Origin: Cyanophyceae cyanobacterium
GTDB taxonomy: Bacteria > Cyanobacteriota > Cyanobacteriia > Cyanobacteriales > JBHJGN01
Assembly (NCBI GenBank): GCA_050331735.1
Contig: JBHJGN010000051.1
Location: 30,684 to 94,683, forward strand
DNA: 64,000 nt
Direction of reading: 5' to 3'
Below the pieces are notes generated by a model that worked only from the letters and a program-made list of their open reading frames with translations, made no database searches and was not told the DNA's origin. Position 1 is the stretch's first letter. Each line of letters opens with the position of its first letter. Positions 29,684-39,710 of this stretch are shown here, in pieces. A program made the translations under genes and the position numbers.

Positions 29684-30778
29684 ATGCTGAGAGCCGGAAT
29701 TGTCGGATTACCCAACGTTGGTAAATCTACCCTCTTTAATGCCCTCGTTGCCAATGCCAAAGCAGATGCTGCCAACTTTCCTTTTTGCACCATTGAACCG
29801 AATGTTGGTGTAGTTGCGGTTCCTGATGAGCGTCTGGCGGTGCTGGCCAACATTTCCCAGTCGGAGAAGATTGTCCCGACGCGCATCGAGTTTGTCGATA
29901 TTGCGGGGTTGGTGAAAGGCGCGAGTCAAGGAGAAGGTTTAGGTAATCAGTTCCTCGCCAATATTCGCGAAGTGGATGCCATTGTGCATGTGGTGCGCTG
30001 TTTCGACAGCGAAGATATTATTCACGTGGCGGGTTCTGTCGATCCGCTACGGGACATCGAAGTAATTAATCTCGAGCTAGTGTTAGCAGATTTGGCGCAG
30101 GTAGAGCGCCGTATTGAACGGGTTCGTAAGCAGGCCAAAGGCAACAATAAAGAAGCGCAGGCCGAATTAGCGCTTCTGGAAAAGCTGCTTCCACACCTGA
30201 ATGAAGGGAAAGCCGTTCGCCAGATGACGTTTACCGAAGAAGAAGCGGCTATGCTGAAGTCGTTGGGTTTACTGACCTATAAACCTATTATCTACGCGGC
30301 TAACGTCTCAGAAGAGGATCTCGCCACTGGGAACGACTGGGTAGAACAGGTGCGATCGCTCGCCACCACCGAAGAAGCAAAAGTGGTAATTGTCTCGGCT
30401 AAGGTAGAATCAGAGCTGATCGAGCTATCCGATGAGGAGCGTCAGGACTTTTTGGAGTCTCTCGGCGTAGCAGAAGGGGGGCTAAAATCCTTAATTAGAG
30501 CCACGTACGATCTCCTGGGCTTACGCACCTATATCACCACAGGCCCGACTGAAACTCGCGCCTGGACGATTCGCGCTGGCATGAAAGCACCCCAGGCGGC
30601 GGGAGTAATTCATACCGATTTTGAGCGAGGCTTCATCCGCGCTGAAACCGTTGCTTACGAAGATTTAGTGGCGGCTGGAGCCATGAACGCCGCTAAGGAA
30701 AAGGGCTTAGTGCGCTCAGAAGGGAAAGAGTACGAGGTTAAGGAAGGAGACGTGCTGCTCTTTCGGTTTAACGTATAG
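29684..30778 (+). CDS. ychF: Redox-regulated ATPase YchF
   Basis: GIVGLPNVGKSTLFNAL, FCTIEPN, DIAGLVKGAS. Confidence 0.98.
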   Translation: MLRAGIVGLPNVGKSTLFNALVANAKADAANFPFCTIEPNVGVVAVPDERLAVLANISQSEKIVPTRIEFVDIAGLVKGASQGEGLGNQFLANIREVDAIVHVVRCFDSEDIIHVAGSVDPLRDIEVINLELVLADLAQVERRIERVRKQAKGNNKEAQAELALLEKLLPHLNEGKAVRQMTFTEEEAAMLKSLGLLTYKPIIYAANVSEEDLATGNDWVEQVRSLATTEEAKVVIVSAKVESELIELSDEERQDFLESLGVAEGGLKSLIRATYDLLGLRTYITTGPTETRAWTIRAGMKAPQAAGVIHTDFERGFIRAETVAYEDLVAAGAMNAAKEKGLVRSEGKEYEVKEGDVLLFRFNV

Positions 30779-30860
30779 AGAGTTTGTAACGCTTTGACAA
30801 GAGTTTTTAGCTTTTCCTGATTGGTCTCCCGTTGTTTGAAGAAGTCAATCTAGCTCTCGT

Positions 30861-31781
30861 CTAAACGGAAGCAGACGAAACTTGAGCGATTACTGTTCGA
30901 TGGCGAGGGCTATTGCAAGTCACTGTCGGTGAATCAAATCCTGCTGCTACCAAGGCTTGCTCTAAATCAAGCGAAAAATACTGGTCGAGATAGGGTTCCG
31001 TACTTTTGAGCAGCGTGAGGATGTAGGGCGGCATCTTTTTGTAAGCCTCTGCTTGGGGATTCATATCCATCATGGCAAAGTACCCTCCTGGACGCAGCAG
31101 GCGACGCGCCTCTCGAAAAACCGCTTGAGCGACCAGTTGAGGCAGTTCGTGAAACAGCAAACAGGCAGATACTAGGTCGAACGAGGCATCCGCTAATCCG
31201 GTCGATTCAGCAGCGGCATGAATCCAATTAATTTGGGCTTGGCGCTCTCGGGAACGATAGCGGGCGACGGCCAGAAAGTGGGGCGATAAATCAAGTCCCG
31301 TCACCTGAGCTTCGGGATAGACAGCCTGAAGAGCAAAGGTACTCATGCCCACGCTACAGCCCAGGTCTAGAATATTTCGTGGCGGCAACGGCATAGGTGT
31401 GAGCACATTATGGTAGCTTTGCCTCAATTGAGAATCGCCCTGCGCCCCGGCATCCGCCCAAATGGTAGCGTGAACCGCATGAGCCGCCGATTCGACTTCT
31501 AAAGCCGCCTCCCAACACAAGTTGCCCTGGTCGTAAGCATGAAAGGAGCTGAGATAGTAATCAGGATAGGTCGATAGAGACTGGACCTGCTTCAGTTCCC
31601 CCCGCCAATCGTGGGAATGCAGACTGGCAACATTTTCTCGCCAGGGAACGCCAATCGCCTCTGCTCTTCTAATCATCATGCTGCGGGCGCGATTTTTAGC
31701 GAGGTCAGCTAAGGGTTTAACCGAGAGAATCCCGTTGACAAGGCGTGAGGCTATTCCTGGTGGTTTAACAGTAGCGGACAT
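30861..31781 (-). CDS. Class I SAM-dependent methyltransferase
   Basis: ILDLGCSVG, LFHELP. Confidence 0.9.
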   Translation of the reverse strand: MSATVKPPGIASRLVNGILSVKPLADLAKNRARSMMIRRAEAIGVPWRENVASLHSHDWRGELKQVQSLSTYPDYYLSSFHAYDQGNLCWEAALEVESAAHAVHATIWADAGAQGDSQLRQSYHNVLTPMPLPPRNILDLGCSVGMSTFALQAVYPEAQVTGLDLSPHFLAVARYRSRERQAQINWIHAAAESTGLADASFDLVSACLLFHELPQLVAQAVFREARRLLRPGGYFAMMDMNPQAEAYKKMPPYILTLLKSTEPYLDQYFSLDLEQALVAAGFDSPTVTCNSPRHRTVIAQVSSASV

Positions 31782-32113
31782 AGAAATAGAATTAAAATAA
31801 GTATCTACTACATATCATGGGGCTAGGGTGATGCGGCTTGATGATACACAATTTTTTAGAAGCTGTCAGCTCTCCTCTCACAGTTGGAAAGTAGAGTGGC
31901 CAATAGCTAAACGGGGAAAAGGGTCGTCTCAAATCCGTTTAATTCCCTTCTAAACGGAACCTTCTGCCGTCTGCCTCCTGCCTTCTCAACGCTCTCCTCA
32001 TTATGATTACGTTCGATGAAGCGGAAAGAAATGGTCTGAACTAGTCTTTTATTGGCCATCGGGAGCAACGATACAATTCAACTATCTCATTAAATGGCAG
32101 AATTTTTGAATCG

Positions 32114-32890
32114 ATGGAATTAACAATCGGCTGGCTTTATCCAACATTGATGAGTACCTATGGCGATCGCGGCAACGTTATTTGCCTTCAGCAGCGCTGT
32201 CGGTGGCGCAATATCAAGACCGCTGTGACTCCGCTCGACCGCCAAAGTCCAGCATCTGAGTTTGAGCAGGTTGATTTAATCGTTGGTGGAGGAGCGCAGG
32301 ATCGCCAGCAGGAGATTGTCATGCGAGATCTACGGGGAGCTAAAGCAGCGGCTCTCCGCGCTCAAATTGAGGCCGGAACGCCGGGAGTGTTTACCTGCGG
32401 CTCTCCCCAATTGCTGGGTCACTATTACGAACCGGCCCTCGGGCAGCGCATTGAAGGACTCGGCATCTTTGACATGGTGAGTAAACATCCTGGTCCTGAC
32501 GTGCCGCGCTGCATCGGTAACGTGGTTTTTGAGCTCACCGCTCCCCTCGCTCAGGACTTGAACGGCTTACCCGTCGTCGGCTTTGAAAATCATGGCGGGC
32601 GCACCTATCTCGGTGACGTTCAGCCGTTGGGACGAGTCCTCACCGGCTACGGCAATAACGGAGAAGACGGTACAGAAGGAGCCTTGTACCGCCACGCGAT
32701 CGCCACCTATGCCCACGGCCCCCTCTTGCCCAAAAATCCTTCTTTAGCAGACTGGCTAATTCACACCGCCTTGCAGCAGAAGTATCAAACCACCGCTACC
32801 TTAACAAAACTCAATGATTCTTTGGCTGAGAAAGCGCGTCAGGCTATGTTTGCACGACTTAAATTAACGAGTTTGCTCAAGAGCGCCTAA
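32114..32890 (+). CDS. gatD: CobQ/GatD-like type 1 glutamine amidotransferase
   Basis: YGDRGN, GFENHGGRT, YAHGPLLPKN. Confidence 0.85.
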   Translation: MELTIGWLYPTLMSTYGDRGNVICLQQRCRWRNIKTAVTPLDRQSPASEFEQVDLIVGGGAQDRQQEIVMRDLRGAKAAALRAQIEAGTPGVFTCGSPQLLGHYYEPALGQRIEGLGIFDMVSKHPGPDVPRCIGNVVFELTAPLAQDLNGLPVVGFENHGGRTYLGDVQPLGRVLTGYGNNGEDGTEGALYRHAIATYAHGPLLPKNPSLADWLIHTALQQKYQTTATLTKLNDSLAEKARQAMFARLKLTSLLKSA

Positions 32891-32965
32891 ACTGTTGATA
32901 GAACTCTTTTCGTGCAATATCCATTAAGATGTTGCTGTCGAAAAGATTCTTCATGACAGTACCTA

Positions 32966-33077
32966 AGTAGGTAGGCGTAATCAAGTGTAAAACCTGAGAA
33001 AGCAAGGAGAGGCACGAAAAGCTAAGAGCTAAAAAGCTAATCTACTTTTATTTTCGGTTTAATTCTACCCGCCTACC
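32966..33077. repeat. MITE-like intergenic element, copy 1
   Basis: Begins AGTAGGTAGGCGT and ends TTTAATTCTACCCGCCTACC; related copy at 36232. Confidence 0.5.
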
Positions 33078-33117
33078 GATCTAAACATTTGCCCTTAATT
33101 CCATACAGCCAGAAATT

Positions 33118-34167
33118 ATGACTGGAAAAGTATTAGATAATGGGGTTCCGGGTGCTCTTATCCTGCTAGTGCCGCTCGCTCTAGCGATGGTTGTTCTCGT
33201 GACTGCCTGGCCGTTCATCCTGGGGCTGCTCGTTTTTGGTCTCGGCGTACGGTTTTGGCAAAACTACCAGTGGAAACAGTGGTGCAAACAAGTAGATCCC
33301 TTTTTTCATCAACTGATTCGAGAAAATCGGGGTTGTATCACACCAATGGACTTATCCATGAAAGCAAACCTCACGGGGAGAGCCGCCAAGAAATTTTTGG
33401 ATAAGAAAGCCGAAGATTACGGAGCCCAACGAAAAGAAGAAGAGCACACTGTCTATTACTTCCTCACTGCCAGCGCCCTCGGCAGTATTTTCGATGACAG
33501 TGAACCTCTAGACGACGAAGAATTAGAATCCCCATCACAGCTCGCTAGCGCTTCAGCGGCTGTTGAAACTCTATCTGCCGATGCCCCTCAAAATGAGACA
33601 GAGGACTCTTCAGACGAAATTGCCTCAGAGTTCGTCGCTGCTGATGACAGCGATCGCTCCAGCCACTCCTCTGTATCAGAGACCTCACCTCCTGCTCGAG
33701 AATCGACGGCGTCAGCCCCCGCTGCTGAACAGAAGACGGAACCGGAATCAGCGGCAGAGACCACTGTAGAAACACCGACGGCATCAGAATCCAGCGCTGA
33801 AGAAGTGGAACCGGAACCAGATTTAGCACCACACTCTGATGGCAATCATACTAGCCAAGCCGACAACGGCAGAGCTGTTGCTGATGGCGAATCGGAGTTG
33901 GAATCAGCAGTGCTCGCTGAGCAGGAAGCAGATTTCAGCGGAGCAGCAACACCCGACGACTACCCACCGTCAGCACCAATGTCTGATTCCGATGACTCCT
34001 CGCTCATTCAGGCTGAACTGGCTAAACGACTTGATATGCACTCGAGTACCATTGGCAAGCGTAAATCAGACCCCGATTTTTCAGAATGGAGTCAGAGTAG
34101 AGATCCACAAGGGATTGCCTGGACCTATGTACCAGAAACTAAAATGTTCGTGCCGATAGAAGAATAA
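33118..34167 (+). CDS. Membrane-anchored hypothetical protein with acidic linker and C-terminal HTH-like domain
   Basis: N-terminal TM; S/E/A/P-rich linker; IQAELAKRLDMHSSTIGKRK. Confidence 0.75.
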   Translation: MTGKVLDNGVPGALILLVPLALAMVVLVTAWPFILGLLVFGLGVRFWQNYQWKQWCKQVDPFFHQLIRENRGCITPMDLSMKANLTGRAAKKFLDKKAEDYGAQRKEEEHTVYYFLTASALGSIFDDSEPLDDEELESPSQLASASAAVETLSADAPQNETEDSSDEIASEFVAADDSDRSSHSSVSETSPPARESTASAPAAEQKTEPESAAETTVETPTASESSAEEVEPEPDLAPHSDGNHTSQADNGRAVADGESELESAVLAEQEADFSGAATPDDYPPSAPMSDSDDSSLIQAELAKRLDMHSSTIGKRKSDPDFSEWSQSRDPQGIAWTYVPETKMFVPIEE

Positions 34168-34207
34168 TTTCAGAAAACGTGGGTAGCATTCACCTTGCTG
34201 CTAGACG

Positions 34208-34459
34208 CTATTCATTAAGCGGTTCGTAGTCTTCGACTTCTTCAATCTTTAGAACTTGCTCTAATAGTTCAGAAACTCTGCCCCAGTAGGTCTTCAACTC
34301 CTGGGGCAGTCCTAATTCGCTCTCGTTCTGCAAGGCAAAGTCCCGTAATTCCTGCACAACATCTTTAAACCCATGTTTGGAAATTAACGCATTGATCTCC
34401 TGTCTATCGGATGGCGTTTTGTGAGCTGAAATGCTGCTCTGATCCTCGGACTGATGCAT
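34208..34459 (-). CDS. Hypothetical protein
   Basis: 83-aa ATG ORF in otherwise free space. Confidence 0.55.
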   Translation of the reverse strand: MHQSEDQSSISAHKTPSDRQEINALISKHGFKDVVQELRDFALQNESELGLPQELKTYWGRVSELLEQVLKIEEVEDYEPLNE

Positions 34460-34818
34460 TGTTCTTAGTTAGTGTGTGGTTTAAAACGATTGTACCGACT
34501 CGACTATCAGTTACGAAGGACAATGCACAGTTGTTGGTTTAGCTCATTACTTGCTCACTGCTAAAGGGCCACAGTTTGCTTCTAAACGATAGACTAGATT
34601 CGGGCGGGACTGCCTTTGGCTTGACAAACTACTCCTTAAAATCAACCGAGAATCAAAATGGCTTTTTTTCGTCAGTACATTGCTCCTTTCTTAGTCGTGC
34701 TCGTGTTTTTAGTGGCTTTAATTGCCGTGAGCGCGCGAATTTTCCTCCCTTCAGATTTGGCAGCACCGGCCCCCATAGAAGACGTTGAAGTAGGGTCTGC
34801 CAATCTTCCTCGTGCCAA

Positions 34819-35286
34819 TTGACGTTGATTAATCAAAGCCTACCATCCGGGTATCAGTTCAAACGAGGGACGGGAGTTGATCGCGCTCTGTTGGTTCGGT
34901 TTATGCACTTAACGTATCGAGAACTGTTTCCTCCGCAGCAGGATTTTGCGCATCTAGCCCTCACCGTTGAGAAATACCTATCCTCCAACACTCCTTTGTG
35001 GTGGGTGCAATCATCAGCTCAGACGGTGGCCTGTCTGTGGATGGGCAACGCCGTCGATCAGGTTAGCGGCGCTCGCTATACCCATATTTTCCTGCTGTAC
35101 GTCCTGCCCGAACATCGTCAACAAGGCATCGCCAAAGCGCTGTTGCAGCAGGCGCAGCAGTGGGCTAAAGCCAGAGGCGATCGCCAAATTGGTCTTCAGG
35201 TGTTTCCCCATAATCAGCCCGCTCTTAATCTGTACCAGCGACTAGGCTTTCAAACTCATTCTCTGCTTATGCTCAAACGTTTTTAA
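34819..35286 (+). CDS. GNAT N-acetyltransferase
   Basis: LYVLPEHRQQGIAKALL; NQPALNLYQRLGF. Confidence 0.9.
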   Translation: MTLINQSLPSGYQFKRGTGVDRALLVRFMHLTYRELFPPQQDFAHLALTVEKYLSSNTPLWWVQSSAQTVACLWMGNAVDQVSGARYTHIFLLYVLPEHRQQGIAKALLQQAQQWAKARGDRQIGLQVFPHNQPALNLYQRLGFQTHSLLMLKRF

Positions 35287-35402
35287 GGGGAGGAAGCTGT
35301 CAGCTCTGAGCGGTGAGCTATTCGCTTGATGAGTTAAACAATCCACAGCGAACCGCTGAGCAAGGCTGGTTAAAATAATCGGAATACGGTAAGTTATCAA
35401 TT

Positions 35403-36158
35403 ATGCATGATGACGACGACCTCAGTGTACTCAATCTTGATGTAGAGTTTGCTAGCCCTCTGGATCGCATGGAGCCAGTAGCGGAGTCAGAACCTTCCCC
35501 GCCAAATCCAGAGGTGATGTTAACGCTGCTTCAGTCCTCACAAGCATCACAGCGGATGCTAGCGACGCGGGCTTTCTGTGAAATTCAAGACCCAAGAGCC
35601 GTTCCGCTGCTGATTGAGTTACTCCAGGATGTTTGTCCGTTGGTGCGCGTTAGCGCTGCCTACGCTCTTGGGCGTAACCCCAGTGCCGAAGCGGTCGTTC
35701 CCCTGATCGCTCTTCTTAGTGAGGAATGGAACGGGTACGTTCGTAAAGGCATCGTCTGGGCGTTGGGCAACTGCCGCGATCGCCGTTCTCTAGCATCTCT
35801 GACCCATGCTCTGAGAACCGATATTTCTGCTGTTCGGCTGTGGGCGGCCAGCAGCCTCGCTCAGATTGCTAAGCTAGAGTATGAAGATGTTGTGGCAGCA
35901 ATCCCGCCGCTGATTGAAGGTCTCAGACGAGATCCGATGGCGGCAGTTCGCAGCAACTGTGCGTGGTCGATTGGTCAACTCTGCCGCGAACTTCCTGTCA
36001 ACGTTGTGTCTGCAACAGCGGTAGATGCACTGATTGAAGCCCTCGTCGAAGATGAAGATATGGGCGTGAAAGAAGATGCGAGAGCCGCTCTATTAAAGTT
36101 AGGCGATCCGCGGGGCTTACAGATGATTGAAGAATTAGAACTCGAAGGACTCGTGTAA
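35403..36158 (+). CDS. HEAT-repeat (PBS lyase-like) protein
   Basis: Repeated VR.SAAYALG / VRKGIVWALG / VRSNCAWSIG. Confidence 0.9.
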   Translation: MHDDDDLSVLNLDVEFASPLDRMEPVAESEPSPPNPEVMLTLLQSSQASQRMLATRAFCEIQDPRAVPLLIELLQDVCPLVRVSAAYALGRNPSAEAVVPLIALLSEEWNGYVRKGIVWALGNCRDRRSLASLTHALRTDISAVRLWAASSLAQIAKLEYEDVVAAIPPLIEGLRRDPMAAVRSNCAWSIGQLCRELPVNVVSATAVDALIEALVEDEDMGVKEDARAALLKLGDPRGLQMIEELELEGLV

Positions 36159-36231
36159 ATCGAGTTTTCAGTGATGATTGAGTCGCTATTAATCTCAAAA
36201 GCGATTCTCACTGGCAAAAGTCGTCAGAGAA

Positions 36232-36332
36232 AGTAGGTAGGCGTCGATAAGTTGAACACAAAATCAATCTGGAAAAGAGGGAAAAGCTAATAGCCACTGT
36301 CTAATCTAAATTTAATTCTATCTAGCTACTTA
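36232..36332. repeat. MITE-like intergenic element, copy 2
   Basis: AGTAGGTAGGCGT...AAAAGCTAA...TTTAATTCTATCTAGCTACTTA. Confidence 0.5.
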
Positions 36333-36335
36333 TCT

Positions 36336-36944
36336 ATGACAAAACCTCTGATTCTCGGTATTAGCGGCGCATCCGGCTTAATTTATGCTGTGCGGGCCCT
36401 GAAGTTTTTACTTCAGGCAGATTACGTCGTGGATGTAGTGGCTTCTAAATCGGCCTACATGGTTTGGCAAGCTGAACAGGATATCCGGATGCCTCCCGAC
36501 CCCGAAGAACAAGAGCTATTTTGGCGACAACAGGCAGAGGTTAAGAGCAGTGGGAAATTGCGCTGTCACCGTTGGGGAGATGTGGGAGCCACCATCGCTA
36601 GCGGTTCTTTTCAGACTGTCGGCATGGTTGTGATGCCCTGTAGCATGAGCACCGTAGCCAAAATCGCCGCTGGTTTGAGTTCCGACTTGCTCGAACGAGC
36701 GGCTGACGTTCAGCTTAAAGAAAGTCGCCCTCTCGTTATTGTCCCTCGCGAGACTCCGTTGAGCCTGATACATCTCCGTAATCTAACGGCTTTGGCAGAA
36801 GCTGGCGCTAAGATTGTCCCGGCTATTCCGGCTTGGTATCATCGTCCTCAAAGTATTGAAGATCTAGTTGATTTCGTGGTTGCCCGCACGTTGGATCAGC
36901 TAGGAATTGACTGTATTCCCATTAACCGCTGGCAAGGACACTAG
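36336..36944 (+). CDS. ubiX: Flavin prenyltransferase
   Basis: GISGASG, IASGS, PCSMST, RAADVQLKE, PRETP. Confidence 0.95.
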   Translation: MTKPLILGISGASGLIYAVRALKFLLQADYVVDVVASKSAYMVWQAEQDIRMPPDPEEQELFWRQQAEVKSSGKLRCHRWGDVGATIASGSFQTVGMVVMPCSMSTVAKIAAGLSSDLLERAADVQLKESRPLVIVPRETPLSLIHLRNLTALAEAGAKIVPAIPAWYHRPQSIEDLVDFVVARTLDQLGIDCIPINRWQGH

Positions 36945-36999
36945 CAAAATAATTCGGCTCGAATCAGCTACTTGAGGCGGTAAATTTTCTCCGAGGATA

Positions 37000-37185
37000 T
37001 TGATGGCGATCGCCTTTTTTCTATTCTGTAGAGCTGACATCGTTTATGCTGATGGTGTGATTAACGGTAGTGATGAAATTAATCTTGGTTTCTTTGATTT
37101 TTTCTGGACTTTAAGCGGTATCGCCTTAGCCATTGGTGCTGCCAAAGAATACGATATTTCCATCAGCCGCCGTCGTTATCGCTAG
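37000..37185 (+). CDS. Small membrane hypothetical protein
   Basis: Short ORF with hydrophobic segments. Confidence 0.35.
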   Translation: MMAIAFFLFCRADIVYADGVINGSDEINLGFFDFFWTLSGIALAIGAAKEYDISISRRRYR

Positions 37186-37207
37186 AACATTCAACTGAGG
37201 AAGGGCT

Positions 37208-37504
37208 TTGCTAACGAAAGGACTTGTCGCTACTGTTGCTTGCTTGAGCTTATCTGTGCCGGGGGTAACTGTCCCTGAACCAGCAGAAGGGGATTTTCTT
37301 GATATTCCCATTGAACGACCGGAATCCGTTTCTTTCGATCGTCGGCTTCATCAGTTTGCTGACGAACTGAGAGAAAACTTGGGAATCAAGGAAGGAGAAA
37401 TTGACGATAGCACTGAAAATTTTCTTCTGAAGCACAAGCTATTGTTTCTGCTGTTCGGTCTGCTGTTTTGCTGGATGACAGTTGTCAGTTTAAGTAAAAA
37501 CTAG
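37208..37504 (+). CDS. Hypothetical membrane/exported protein
   Basis: N-terminal signal-like and C-terminal TM segments. Confidence 0.5.
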   Translation: MLTKGLVATVACLSLSVPGVTVPEPAEGDFLDIPIERPESVSFDRRLHQFADELRENLGIKEGEIDDSTENFLLKHKLLFLLFGLLFCWMTVVSLSKN

Positions 37505-37681
37505 AGAAACGCTCTTTTTCTTAAACAGAGGCTGACAAGCTGTACCTGGTTGAGGAGGAGAGACAAAAGGTCAAGGGAAGAAAACGTGTTTCCTGTCCCC
37601 CTTTGCTTCAGATGCATGACCACTAACTCGTAGTCGGTACGATTATGATTTACCATAGAAGCATGCTGTTATAGAGAAGTA

Positions 37682-38230
37682 ATGAGTATGGTTAAAATTG
37701 TTGGGATTGGAGGCAGTCTGAGAGCTGAATCGACTAGCTATCAGGCACTAGAGCTTGTTGCTGAGCGGCTGAAAGCGCTCGGGGCATCGGTAGAAATTCT
37801 CGATCTGCGAACGATGGAGCTGCCCTTTAGCAATGGTGGAGATGAATATCCCGATTATCCGGATGTTAAGCGCTTGCAGGAAACTGTTAAAGCCGCAGAT
37901 GGCCTGGTTTTGGCAACGCCAGAGTATCACGGTAGCGTGAGTGGCGTCATTAAAAATGCCCTAGACCTCATGAGCTTTGAACACCTCGACGGTAAAGTTG
38001 CTGGCGTGATTAGTGTGCTGGGAGGACAGTCTAACAGCAACGCCCTCAATCACATGCGGCTGATTATGCGCTGGGTTCATGCTTGGGTCATTCCCGAACA
38101 AATTTCCATCGGTCAATCTTGGAAAGCGTTTACCGAATCAGGGAAGCTCACGGATGAAAAGCTGTCTCAGCGCTTTGACCGATTTGCCCAAAGTTTAGTC
38201 GATAACACCCGTAAAATTCGCGGTATCTAG
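37682..38230 (+). CDS. NADPH-dependent FMN reductase
   Basis: GSLR, TPEYHGSVSGVIKNALD. Confidence 0.93.
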   Translation: MSMVKIVGIGGSLRAESTSYQALELVAERLKALGASVEILDLRTMELPFSNGGDEYPDYPDVKRLQETVKAADGLVLATPEYHGSVSGVIKNALDLMSFEHLDGKVAGVISVLGGQSNSNALNHMRLIMRWVHAWVIPEQISIGQSWKAFTESGKLTDEKLSQRFDRFAQSLVDNTRKIRGI

Positions 38231-38239
38231 CATGAATCG

Positions 38240-38281
38240 TGCCGCAGCGGAGCAACGGTTTCCCCTTGCTCCGCTGCGGCA
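38240..38281. repeat. 16-bp GC-rich inverted repeat (hairpin without U tract)
   Basis: TGCCGCAGCGGAGCAA-N10-TTGCTCCGCTGCGGCA. Confidence 0.8.
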
Positions 38282-38344
38282 GGTTGTCTAGCTCACTACG
38301 CTGTAGAGTTATTCTAGACAAAGCCCCCGATCTAGCGAGTTTAC

Positions 38345-39607
38345 ATGCTAAAAGTTCTGCATCTTTCAGACATTCACATGGGCAGTGGTTTTTCCCACGG
38401 TCGCGTTAATCCGCAAACAGGTCTGAACACACGTCTAGAAGATTTTGTCAAGACGCTGGAAACCTGTATTGACCGAGCGATCGCTGAACCCGTCGATCTC
38501 GTTCTGTTTGGCGGCGATGCCTTTCCCGATGCCACGCCGCCGCCTTTCGTTCACGAAGCCTTTGCGAGCCAGTTTCGCCGTCTGGCTGATGCCAACATTC
38601 CGACGGTGTTGCTTGTCGGCAACCACGACCAGCATTCTCAGGGCAGTGGAGGCGCGAGTCTCTGTATCTACCGAACTTTAGCGGTTCCCGGGTTTATCGT
38701 TGGTGACAGCATCAAATCTCATCGGATATCAACCCGCAGCGGCGAGGTGCAGGTGATTGCGCTTCCTTGGCTAACGCCCGCGACGCTATTAACTCGGCCA
38801 GAAACAGAAAAACTGTCGCTAGCTGAAGTCAACCAGCTCCTCATCAAGCGCCTCGAACCCGTTTTAGAAGCCGAAATCCGTCGTCTCGATCCCGAGATTC
38901 CCGCTGTCTTATTAGCTCATCTGATGGTAGAGCGAGCGAATTTAGGAGCCGAGCGCTTCTTGGCGGTCGGAAAGGGGTTTTCGATTCCGCTATCGATGCT
39001 CCTTCGCCCCGAACTAGACTATGTGGCTCTTGGTCACGTTCACAAGCATCAAAACCTCAACCGCACCAACGATCCGCCGGTGGTGTATCCTGGCAGCATC
39101 GAGCGCGTAGACTTCAGCGAAGAAAAGGAAAATAAAGGTTACGTTTTGGTTTCTCTAGAGAAAGGTCAGGTCGAGTGGCAGTTCTGCTCTGTGCCAGCTC
39201 GTCCCTTCTGCACAATTGCGGTGGATGTTTCTACTCAAGAAGACCCTCAGCAAGAAATTTTAGCAGCGATCGCCAAAGTAACGATTACAGAAACGGTGGT
39301 TAGATTAATTTACAAAATCAGTTCAGAGCAGCTCGATCTGATCGATACAGCGTCGCTTCACAACGCCCTACAAGAAGCTCATAGCTACACGATTCGCCCC
39401 GAATTAGTCAGTCAGCTAGCGCGTCCTCGCCTTCCTGAACTAGGAGTTGGCAATAGTCTCGATCCGTTAGAGTCTCTCTCAACTTACCTGACAAGTCGAG
39501 AAGATCTTAAGGATATTGCTAGCGAGATGCTTGAGGCAGCACAACAGCTTCTCAACGGAGAGCTAGTCGCAAATTCTGATTCTGAGCAGCTTCGCCTGCT
39601 GATGTAA
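38345..39607 (+). CDS. sbcD: Exonuclease SbcCD subunit D
   Basis: HLSDIHMG, GD, GNHD, ALGHVH, YPGSIERVDFSE. Confidence 0.93.
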   Translation: MLKVLHLSDIHMGSGFSHGRVNPQTGLNTRLEDFVKTLETCIDRAIAEPVDLVLFGGDAFPDATPPPFVHEAFASQFRRLADANIPTVLLVGNHDQHSQGSGGASLCIYRTLAVPGFIVGDSIKSHRISTRSGEVQVIALPWLTPATLLTRPETEKLSLAEVNQLLIKRLEPVLEAEIRRLDPEIPAVLLAHLMVERANLGAERFLAVGKGFSIPLSMLLRPELDYVALGHVHKHQNLNRTNDPPVVYPGSIERVDFSEEKENKGYVLVSLEKGQVEWQFCSVPARPFCTIAVDVSTQEDPQQEILAAIAKVTITETVVRLIYKISSEQLDLIDTASLHNALQEAHSYTIRPELVSQLARPRLPELGVGNSLDPLESLSTYLTSREDLKDIASEMLEAAQQLLNGELVANSDSEQLRLLM

Positions 39608-39710
39608 CCGACGCTTGAGAGACAAGGAGCTTGATTTGAATTAAACAGCGAAAAACAGGTTAGGCTTACAAAGATACACCCCACTGATTTTGATGGGTCG
39701 CTGACTGCTG

